From contig JAGIQG010000022.1 of assembly GCA_024679065.1 (NCBI GenBank), positions 17,918,001-17,982,000 on the forward strand: a stretch of DNA of 64,000 nt. Direction: 5' to 3'. How positions within the stretch are numbered: the stretch's first letter is position 1; each line of letters begins with the position of its first letter. Of this stretch, positions 53,466 to 64,000 are shown piece after piece. The notes under the pieces were generated by a model. It was given only the letters and a program-made list of their open reading frames with translations. It did not search any database and was not told the DNA's origin. The stretch is from Sphyrna mokarran. Its lineage: Eukaryota. Made by a program: the position numbers and the translations under genes.

Positions 53466-53646
53466 CTCAACCTAAATACACGTGGTGTACGTATGGTGAG
53501 GTGCTGAACAGTGCAATTGCAGGTTAGATTCTTGGGAATGCTAACTTAAATAGCTCCACCTGAGCCAAAGGTAGAGGTGTTATGTTGGTATCAATACTGC
53601 TAAGACGACAAATTATCTGAGCTTTACACTCCTTCCCAGTGTCATC

Positions 53647-54095
53647 AAAATTAATCCCTGCTACAAACATTTTTTTCTGTGATGATTATATTGATAATTT
53701 GACTTAAAATGTAACTCAGCATTTTTGTTCTAATCTGCTCCTCAATACTGATCACATTCAACAAGCATCAGCAGTCTTGGTACTCACACTTTATATGCAA
53801 GGCTGAAAAACTATTTGATTTTGGGAAGAAATGATGTCATCAATATCTGCTGGAAAATGCAGAGTTTGATAGGTAACTGTAAATTGAGGTTGTCTTTGAT
53901 ATAAGCATCATCTCTCTTCCCAAAATAAAATAGTTTTTCAGCCTTGCACATGTAAATATCATAGCTGCTGATGCTTGTTGAATGTGCTAATCAGTATTGA
54001 GAAGCGGGTTAGAACGAAAATGCTGAGTTATATTTTAAGTCAAATTATCAATATAATATCACAGAAAAAAAATTTTTTTAGCAGGAATTAATTTT
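53647..54095. repeat. ~450-bp imperfect foldback (long inverted repeat)
   Basis: Outer arms ~53647-53774 / ~53965-54095 and inner arms 53796-53829 / 53915-53948 are reverse complements. Confidence 0.88.
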
Positions 54096-54104
54096 TCGGC
54101 ACCT

Positions 54105-54490
54105 AAGAGGCTTGGGGATGATCTTTTAGAGGTCTATAAAATGTGGGTATATATCACCTAGATAGTCAACATGTTTTCCCAAAGTTAGGGGAGTCTAAAA
54201 CTAGAGGGCATAGGTTTAAGGTGAGAGCAGAGAGATACAAAAGTGTTCAGAGGAGCAATTTTTTCACACACAAGAGTCGTGAGTGCTTGGAATGAGCTGC
54301 CACAGGGAATAGTAGAGGCAGGTACAGTCTGTTTTTTGAAAAGCATTTAGGTAGTTACATGGGCAAGACGGATATAAAAAGATATGGGCCAAATGTGGAC
54401 AATTTGGGAATAGCTTAGTTGTTTTAAAAAAGGGTGGCATGAACCAGTTGGACCGAAGGGCCTGTTGCCATGTTGTAAACCTCTATGACA
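54105..54490 (+). mobile_element. CR1-type LINE 3' fragment
   Basis: aactagagggcataggtttaagg (TRGHRFK), tggaatgagctgcc, gaccgaagggcctgtt...ctctatgac. Confidence 0.85.
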
Positions 54491-54925
54491 GGGTCTTGTA
54501 TATTAGGCCTTTTGATCAAGGACACAAGAGACTGAGAATGTCAGTCTTTGCCATTTATCATACTGGAGAGAAAAGTCTCTGCTTCATCGTGGTTAATTGA
54601 TATCGTTGAATAAAAAACTTTTAAATTTAATTCAAGACAGTTTATGTTGGAGTATCTCAAACTAAATATCTTGATAAATGGAACACCTGGCTATTTTTAA
54701 AGTTCACTTTTAGTTTGTTTTTGAACAAAAATATCTAGGTAAATACTATTTAAGTGCTTGTATTTCAAATACTTTCAATACTTGTTACATCAGATATAAA
54801 TGCCTCATGCCTAAATCATAATTTTTGGAGCTATAATTCTATTACAAGTATAATAATGGCAATGTTAATAAAATTATTATTGCTATAATGCAAATTAATC
54901 AGACTAAAACTATTTTATATTTTGA

Positions 54926-55096
<171 letters not shown>

Positions 55097-55242
55097 TAAT
55101 CAGTTGTGCTTGATAACATTTACTTTCAATACATTTAAAATGATTGCAATTGTATTCTAAATGAATCCTTAAATCTCACATTGAAAATTACCATTTCATT
55201 GTTAACAGTTCTGAAATCTGATTATTGCTACTTTACCCACAG

Positions 55243-55336
55243 CGGAGCGAAAGCCTCCTTTGTTTAATATGAATGCAATGAGTGCCTTATACCATATAGC
55301 GCAGAATGAGTCACCTGCTCTTCAGTCTAATGAATG
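55243..55336 (+). CDS. TAOK1: TAO kinase coding exon 8: (A)[30 protein letters not shown](W); gene continues past the window
   Basis: Acceptor ctttacccacag, 94 nt, donor gtgagt. No further exon found up to 64000. Confidence 0.95.
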
Positions 55337-57536
55337 GTGAGTACACATTGAGTCCTGAGATTTGTATAGAAACAGATGTTTCTAAATCATAAACAACAGC
55401 CAGTTTAAGAAATACTCTTCAGTAGATGAAGGTTTATCCCTAATCCCGAGTGTTTAAACAGATTATCCTAAAATGCACTGCATAATCTTTAAATAGTATT
55501 TGTATATTTCTGAAGATGCTAAATATTGAAATAGCTGTATTTGTACCAAGAAGATTACTATCTTTGAAAATCTTGCTGGGTGTCATTTAGGACAATTTCT
55601 AAAAACATTCAATTAATTCAGACTAATGACAATGTAATAAATGCTGGAGTTTGGTCTACTGGTAATCAATATAGAATCCCAAAGTAAATGTTTTGTTTAA
55701 CTATTAACACCAGTTGTATAAAAACCTTAATGTGCATATTTTTTGCTTTCGTTTTGGTTGTCTACGAGATTAGTTGATTTAAGTTCGGCAATGGCACCTT
55801 CAATTTCAAACTTTGTGCAGTGCACTTCCATAATAAATAGCTGTATTACCTTTGAATTATAAGCCATTTATGATCAGTGTCCTTTGCAGTGATTGTTACA
55901 ATATTGTACCATATTCAATACTGTACTGATACAAAATATTTCAAATTCAAATCCCTCTTGTAGTCAGTTCATGCAGCTTCCATTGCGTCTCATCTAAGTC
56001 TATGCATCTATATATGTCCTTCCTTTTATGTATAAAAGTCTGTTTTCTGGCACATGGCATTCATATCCCCAGAAAACAGCACATCATTATAGAACAAAAT
56101 ATCTTCTTATAAAGAGAAAAAATGCATCCAAAGTTTAAAGTAACTACACTTTCCCTTTAATTGACCTCAGCAGCATATTAGTAGCTATAGATACCTGGAT
56201 TTGTTGATTAGAACAGACCTTAAATGACCTCAGCAGTTATCAGCTAAATATTACAACAGTGCTTCAACCCAGGATTATCCATGCACAATGTCACATCCAT
56301 TCACTGATACTAAATCAAATTTTTACATCACAATTTTGCCCAAATATCAAATTTTGTTCATCTAAGTCATTTTAGGATTTCTGTTTTTTAGAATCATTAT
56401 TGTTTTGCATTTATTGGATATTATCCTCCATGTTTTGCTGTAATTTAGTTTAATTCCTAAGTCAGACTTTTTTTTATCAGAGATTGTTTCCAGAGCCACT
56501 TGTTAGTAGTTTGATTATATAACTCTTAACTTTCTCCTTTTGGGGAAAAAAATCTGATGGGAAAGGCATTTAAATAATTTTCATAAGCAGATGATATTGT
56601 AATTGTTTGGTATGAAAGCTATGCATAGAGAACTATATGAACAAATTTTATAGTTCCTTAAAATATCTGTGGGGTATAATATGGACAGATAAATATTTTT
56701 ATTCCCACTTAGTAAAAAAACACAACTTGTATTTTTTAAGCTGATAATATTAAATCCATAACTTCTACTTTAGCTTATAAATTAAGTGGCAATTTCCTCA
56801 GGTTCACCTGAATCATCTCATGTTTGTATAGTTAATGTATATCAACAAACCTATAATGCAGCCATGTGACAATTTGTCTCTAATTTTTCAGTGATGGATA
56901 GTGAATAATAGAAACAATCAGAATAGTCATACAAATGCATACAAATTATATCGCTAAGTTATATTTGGGGAACAAATTTATGATCCTAGATTAAACCATT
57001 AACTTCAGCTGGATCAATCCTAATATCCTGATTAATTCTTCTGGGAGATTTCAACAAATGATTCATTGTTCATCAGTGTGTCCAAGTAATTGCCGAATAA
57101 TGTTTCGGCTTGCTTTTTCTTGCACCAATTTTCTTATTGACTTTGCAATGTACTGTATCGGTACCTTCCATTATCATGTTCAGATGTATTAAATTTAAGA
57201 TGGCTTTGGTTTAAACATTCTTTGTACAGTAAAATATTCTTCTTTCTTGAAGATAATTCTTTTATTTTGTGGTCTAGAAAATGAGGGAGGAGCATGTAGA
57301 GCAACAAAAAACATTTGCTGTTTGCTAAGGGTAAATAAGAATTATGCAATAGATCACATTACAATGCCTACATGCAATACCCTCATGTCTTTCCAGTAAA
57401 AAAAAGTATAAATGGTGCCATTGATCTATTGAGTCTTCAAATTATGAACATGTTAAATCTTGTGATCTATCACTTGCTGGTTTAATTGTTAAATGTTGAA
57501 AATGAAAACACTAGTTTTCTGCAGTGGTTGGGAAAA

Positions 57537-58228
57537 TAGAACATTACTGCGCAGTACAGGCCCTTCGGCCCTCGATGTTGCGCCGGCCAGTGGACCCTCT
57601 AACCTAAACTATTCCAATATCATCCATATGCCTATCCACCAAACATTTGAATGCCCCCAAAGTAGGCGAGTCCACAACTGCTGCAGGCAGGGCATTCCAC
57701 GCCCTCACCACCCTCTGTGTGAAGAACCTGCCTCTGACATCCGTCCTATAACTACCACCTCTTAATTTAAAGTTATGTCCCCTCCTGTTGGTCATCACCA
57801 TCCGAGGAAAAAGGCTCTCACTATCCACCCTATCCAATCCCTTGATCATCTTATACGCCTCAATTAGGTCACCGCGTAACCTTCTTCTCTCTAATGAAAA
57901 TAACCTCAGGTCCCTCAGCCTTTCCTCATAAGGCCTTCCCACCATACCAGGCAACATCCTGGTAAACCTCCTCTGCACCCTTTCCAATGCGTCCACATCT
58001 TTCTTATAATGCGGCGACCAGAACTGTACGCAATACTCCAAGTGTGGCCGCACCAGAGTTTTGTACAGTTGTAACATAACCTCACGGCTCCTAAATTCAA
58101 CCCGTCTACCAATAAAAGCTAACACACCGTACGCCTTCTTAACAACTTTATCAACCTGGGTGGCAACTTTCAAAGAGCTACGTACTTGTACCCCAAGATC
58201 CCTCTGCTCGACAACAGTATTAAGAATA
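57537..58228 (-). mobile_element. Young CR1-type LINE 3' fragment, copy I
   Basis: Open ORF 57604..58173 (RPHLEYCVQFWSP...RRLRGDLIE). Tail tagaaca. Confidence 0.95.
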
Positions 58229-58509
58229 AGAAAGAAATAAGAATGAAAATATTGTATATTTGATTTTATCTCACCTGCAAAGCATGAAAATGGGCAAAAG
58301 TCTGTTTGGTTCCTTTAACCTTTAACTTTTTTAAAAGGCAAGTGTTACTTAAATTTAACTGGTAAATATACCATAGATTTTGACCATAAATGATATATTT
58401 GGAAAATATAATGGGTAGCTATCTATAATGGATCAAGGGAAATTATTATATCTCGTAATAATTGAAGGACTGTTGAAATCAACAATGTAAATCAGATTGC
58501 AGCCCTGAA

Positions 58510-58805
58510 TGTTTTTAAACTTTAAACTTTAAAGCTTAATAAGCTTAAATTAACCCTGCAATGAAGTTGCTGTGAAAATCCCTTAGTCACCACACTCCGG
58601 CACCTGTTTGGGTATGCTGAACGTGAATTTAGCATGGCCAGTGCACCTAATCAGCACGTCTTTCAGACTGGGAGAAAATCGGAGCACCTGAGAGAAACCA
58701 TGCAGACATGGTCAGAACATACAAACTCTGCACAGACAGTGGCCTAAGCTGGGAATTGAACCTGGGTTCCAAGCACTGAGAGGCAGCAATGATGACCACT
58801 ATGAG
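58510..58805 (-). mobile_element. HE1/V-SINE-like SINE (taaactt-type tail); a + strand 3' fragment of this family lies at ~51767-51892
   Basis: ctgcaatgaagttgctgtgaaaatccc...aatttagcatggcc...gggaattgaacctggg. Confidence 0.8.
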
Positions 58806-58889
58806 CAATGACAGCATTCTGGCATAGAACTAAAGATTTGTCCTTCAGAACACGCCACATCCCTATTCTGACTACTCTAGTACAACTAC

Positions 58890-60190
58890 AACATTGGCAT
58901 CTACATGGCAGTATGGAAAATTGCCAGGTATGTTCAGTCAACAAAAAGCAGAACCAGTCCAACCCAGACAATTACCGCACTGTCATTCATCAGTAAGGTG
59001 ATGGCATGTGTCATCAATATGCTGTGAAATGGTGCTTACTCAATAACAATCTGCTCACAGTTCAGTTTGAATTCAGCCGGGCTACTCAGCTCCTGATCTC
59101 ATTACAGCCTTGTCCAGACCACGAACGAAATAGCTAACTCGAGGTGAATTGAGAGTGACTTCACTAGACATCAAGACACCATTTGACCAAGTGTGATATC
59201 AAGGGGCCCTAGAAAAATGAAAATTGGGTCAATTCTATGCTGGTTGAAGTCCTACTTATCACAAAGGCAGATGCTTGTGATGGTTGGCAATAGGTCTTCT
59301 CAGTCACAGGACATCACTGTGAATGTTCCTCAAGATATAATCCGAGGCATGATCTTCCGTCCATCTCAAGGTCAGAAGTGAGGATGTTCGCTGATTGCAC
59401 AATGTTCAGCACCATACGTGACTCCTCAGGTACTGAACCAGTCTGTGCTCTTTTGGATGACATCACTAACCTCGATGGAGGTTTGGGCTGATAAATGGCT
59501 GGTGACATTTGTGCCATTCAAGAACTAGGCAGTGACTATCTCAAGAGAGAATCTAGCTGTCATCCCTTAATATTCAACAGCATTACCATCACTGAATCCC
59601 CTATTGTCATCATGCTTGGCATTACATTGACGAGAAACTAAAATTGCTAAGGTTACACAACCTGGTTAAAGGCTTTGAATTCTACAGTATGCAACTCCAC
59701 CTCCTGATTTCTCCAAAGCCTGTGCAGCACCTGCAAGGGCAAGTGATGGAATATTCTGCATTTGCCTGGACAAATGCAACTGAAACAGCACTCAAGAAGT
59801 TTGGAGCCATCCTGGACTAAACTTGATTGGCACCCCATCCACCACCCTCAAGATTCTCTGTCTTCACCACAAACACAGAGCGGCAGCAATGTGTACCATC
59901 TACAAGATGCACTACAGCAACTTTCAGACAATCCCTACCACCTGGGAGGTCAAGGACAGCAGGTATATGGGAGCGCTACCCCAACCTGCAAGTTCCCCTA
60001 AAGCCACACATCATCCTAACTTGGAACTACACTGCTATTCCTTCACTATCACTGGCTCAAAAACCTGCAATTCCCACATCACATGGACTGCAGTGGTTCA
60101 AAAATATAGCGCCCCACCACCACCTTTCTGAGGCCAATTGGGCATGGGTTATAAATGCTGACAGTGACACCCACGCTCGATGAAATAATA
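58890..60190 (+). mobile_element. Old LINE (CR1/L2 group) RT and 3' end
   Basis: KKQNQSNPDNYR, ctagacatcaag...tttgac (LDIKxxFD), gttcctcaag (VPQ), ttcgctgat (FAD). Its 3' end resembles the tail of the SINE at ~31660-31720. Confidence 0.7.
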
Positions 60191-60899
60191 TATTTTATCT
60201 GTTTTAAGCAGGTTTTTAAAGCTCCCCAGATACAGAGAGATCAGGGAAGGAATTCCATGCAGTGGTTAAGCTGAACAAGTCTGCCAGAAACAGGATGCAT
60301 AAAAAGCTAGAGTAAGAGAACTAAGAAGTGAAGAAGGGGATGTAAAGCTGGTGAATGTTGCCAAGATTAGATGAGGCCAAACCCATGAGATCTGAAAATG
60401 AGAGCAAGGATACCAAATTGATTGAATTGGATGAGAGGATAGCAAAGGACAGGAAATCTCAATAGTTAAGCAAAAAATGAACAATTTGAGTAGTTGGCAA
60501 AATAAATTTCGAAGTGTGTTTTGGACAAGTTGAGGTTTAGAGGCTTCGGGGCTGGCCAGGATTATATTTGAAGAACCAATTTTGGAGGCTGATGTAAGTT
60601 TTGATAAGAGCTGTTGTTGGAATGAAATAAAGTTAATGAGGAAATTATTTAGTACATTATGAAGCAGAGCTAGCAATGTTGTACAAGCCTATAAAACATT
60701 CAAAAGGTGTGGGTGAGCTAAATCATGAGAAAAGCATGAAAGTTTCATACCATACATAAAATGTGGGAGCTGGAAATGTTACAAGCTTTGGGTGGATGAA
60801 ATTAGTCTGGGTAATGCTCAATTACAAGCAACTCATGATTTAATTATGGTAGTATAACAATCATTGCCTATAATGGCAGTTATAGGCATTGAAAAATGA

Positions 60900-61590
60900 A
60901 TTGTCAAAATAGAACGCGTTTTGCATGAATATAAGACAAGCAGGATGGAGAATCCACAACCTCTTTGGGGCTCAAACTTTTGAGTTGAGAAAATTTTTCC
61001 CTAAATGATCGGCCCCTTATCCTGAGAACCTGCCCATGTTTTCCAGATTTCCCAACCAGCGGAAACAATATCTCACTGTTGACCCTATCAAGTCCTTTCA
61101 GAATTTTGCACGTTTCAATGAGATCGCTTCTCATTCTTCTAATCTCTAGAGAGTATAGGCCCAATATGCTCAGCCCCTCATTGCCTAAAGGAACAATCTA
61201 GTTAACCTTACTGCCTGCAATGCAAATATATGGTTTCTTACATATAGAGAATAAAACTGCACACAGCATTCAGGTATGGTCAGACTAAGGCCTTGTACAA
61301 TTATAGCAAGACTTTTTTTTAATCCCTGTGCCAAAACCCTGTTATAATAAAGGCTAACATACAATTTGTTTCCTGAATTGATTGCTGTACCTTCATATTG
61401 ACTTGAGTTCCTTGTGCAAGCAAACCCAAATCTCAGAATATCAACAATTCTAAGTTTCATGCTTTAAAAAAAAGTTTTTCTATTCTTACAATAAAAATGA
61501 ATAACCTTGCACTTCCTCGCATTGTATGCCGTCTGCTATCTTGTTGCCCACAAATTTCCATCTCGTGTTGCATCATCAGTAAATTTAGGT
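60900..61590 (-). mobile_element. Degenerate CR1-type LINE 3' fragment
   Basis: ORF 60904..61164 GLYSLEIRRMRSDLIET and 61185..61460 ECCVQF. Confidence 0.82.
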
Positions 61591-63189
61591 GTGCAAATTC
61601 AATGTAAAATCTTTTGGTTCTAAAGTCCTATGGACCATTTTCTATGGACTTTGTTAAATATATCCGAATCTACTGTAGTCATCCTTCTTCCTACGTGCAT
61701 TTGTTGCTCTGGTAGGATTTTTGGTATTAATTTCCAACTCCTAAGTTAAAATACTTCAGTTTAGATAGGAACATTTTTTTAATCAGATTTTCTTTTCAAG
61801 TGAACATGTTGGGATCATATTGCACAGTTGGTCTTATTTATTGTAACCATATTGGAACTCTTTGCAGGCCCGTTTCATGTTGAAGTCTTAAGTTCATAGA
61901 TTCAGACTTTTATAATCTGTAATTTTGAGGTTAGGAACCAGTTTACTTTATTCTTAAGAATATTTGAACACGTTGCTTTGACTATTTAGAAATATTTTAT
62001 CTTCTCAGAAATTTTGTGTGAATTTCTGTAATCAGTTGTGAGAGGCCTTTGATTTTTCTTCAATCCTCTCAGCCTTCTACGCTTCGTTTTGATAATGCAG
62101 TCTACTTCCTTTGGTCCAGCAATTGTTACAAGCCATTAATTATTTTTGTTCATTGCAGTTTTCTCTGTATTCTCTGCAAGCATGTTACTTAATTTCCATT
62201 ACAAATAGAATAGGTCTCATCCTGTTTTCAGGAGCCATGTGAAACACACCAAAGGAATGGACAAATATTTTATAGGGTTTTTAATTATTCAGGAGTCATT
62301 GCATATTTTATATGTTTATTTTAACAATTTTGAAAGGCTGTTCAGGTTGAACTCAGTAAATTTTACTTGCATTTCATATCAATTTCCCTTTTTTGTGCCA
62401 ATTCTACTTTTGGCATGCCTAAAGTAAAGCTACTGTTTTAAGCTTGCATTGTGTTAAAAATGTACAGTGGCCCATAACTTGGGTAGTACTTATGCTATGC
62501 ACGTTGGTCCTTATGATTGGAAAAGATTAAAAATGGCTCGTTTAGAAAAAGCGATGTTCCACTTACTGCAGATAACAAAGCTTTTTTTAAAAAAAGCTCC
62601 TGTTTGGGATTGTTTTCTTTAGTCACTTTTTTTTAATTTTAAAGATGTTTTTGGTTTTGACATTGCAAAGCCATTAGAGCTCGTGATGCAAATCAAGGCA
62701 ATAAGTGTTCTTATTTTCAGTTTGTTGCAATTTTGACTTCAATATGGAAGAAATTGAGCTTTTTGCCTAATCTGCTTTTGAATACTTTACCAGCTTTGAA
62801 AAAGAATAAAAAGACAGCAATTTCTACTTGTTTCCTCTTAAATTTTAGTGATTTTAAATATTTGGAAAAAAATTTTTGAATTCCAAGTGCTAAATGCTGT
62901 TGTAAGTGCTTTTCAAAGTCGGATTATTGCAGATCCTTATTTGTTTTGTGCAAGCACCTTATTTACCTCAATTACTTTAAAGCACTCAAGGTTGTGGATC
63001 AAGTGCTGGTATGTGAGATTAGGTGGGAGTTCAGGTGTTTCTCATGTAAGTGCAGACTTGATGGGTCAAAAGGCCTGTCCTGCACTGTCTGATTCAATGA
63101 TTTTTATGGCTTTAAATTATCTTGATTCCTTTCAGATAGTAGGTATTTACAAAAATGTAAATAGTTGTTGACCTTTCTGTTTAAAAATG

Positions 63190-63485
63190 CCTGCTTTTTG
63201 AAGTGCTGTCACTATTGTATTGTAGGAAATGCATCGACTAATTTGTGCACAGCAAGGTCCCTCAAACCACAAATAATCACCAGATAATCTGTCTTAGTGG
63301 TGCTGATCGAGGGATAGCTATTATCCTTGCCAGGGAATCATTTATACAGATCTGACTGAGGGTTCGGTTAAATGCCATATCCAAAACATCCCACCTTGTA
63401 CTTGAAATATCAATCTGAATTATAGGTTCAGGTTTAGGGTAGACTTGAATTCGCTATCACCTCTCTGAGGTGAAAGCGCCAACTA
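63190..63485 (-). mobile_element. Degenerate Deu-domain SINE (SacSINE1-like)
   Basis: ttgtattgtaggaaatgcatcgactaatttgtgcacagcaagg...ccagataatctgt...gagggata. Confidence 0.55.
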
Positions 63486-63702
63486 GAAAATAGTCATTTT
63501 AAATAGACTGAAATTCTTAATAGTCTCTAGTTATATTTTACATTTTTTCACCATGCAACAATTTGCAAACCTGTGAATTTGTACATTTTTTCGTCAGATG
63601 TGATGAAGTTTGCTGACTTGAGATGACAACAAGTCAGCAAATCTAGCATGAGCAAATGATCTCCGATCATTAGCAGCCTTATTTTCCTCACAATAACCCG
63701 AT

Positions 63703-64000
63703 AACGTAGTGGTTAGCATTGCGGCCTCACAGCATCAGGGCCCTTGTCCAAAAAAAATGATGCAGTCTACATTTCAGTTTTGGGTGACTGTGTGGATTTT
63801 GTGCATTCTCCCCGTGTCTGCGAGAGTTTCCTCCGAATGCACTGGTTTCCTTCCATAGTCCAAAGATATGCAAATTAGGTGGTTTGGCCATGCTAAATGC
63901 CTCTTAATGTCCGAAATGTGTAGGTTAGATGGATTAACTGTTGTAAATGTGGGGTATGGCAGGAATGAGGACATGGATAGAGAAGTTCTGTGTAGATTTG
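63703..64000 (+). mobile_element. HE1-like SINE running off the window
   Basis: gtggttagcattgcggcctcacagc...ttctccccgtgtctgcg...ggccatgctaaat. Confidence 0.8.

Noticed and set aside
55337-64000. Next TAOK exon (expected about SDYFRNFVDSCLQK)
   Set aside because: No matching frame found. gtctgattcaatg at ~63087 belongs to a CR1/SINE-type tail.

Overview
Eukaryotic, AT-rich, repeat-dense vertebrate DNA. The repeat inventory (CR1/HER1-type LINEs with (TTCTATG)n tails, HE1/V-SINE-like and Deu-domain SINEs, Penelope-like hairpins) points to a cartilaginous fish, probably a shark. One host gene is visible on the + strand: eight coding exons (749 nt, about 250 codons, all GT-AG, frame continuous) encoding the N-terminal kinase domain of a TAO kinase, most similar to TAOK1. 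The gene continues beyond the window, and its non-coding first exon and promoter are not seen. Every long ORF in the supplied track is retrotransposon ORF2 or its antisense shadow. Most notable observations: (1) a ~360-bp U1+U2 snRNA chimeric insertion with an apparent target-site duplication, plus a second U2-derived copy sharing the same modifications, suggesting a SINEU-like family in sharks; (2) a young CR1 nested inside another CR1, with a junction built from locally templated and snap-back pieces and a 20-bp micro-inversion in the host element; (3) several local inverted or tandem duplications. All alignments were done by eye, and repeat boundaries are approximate unless junction bases are quoted.
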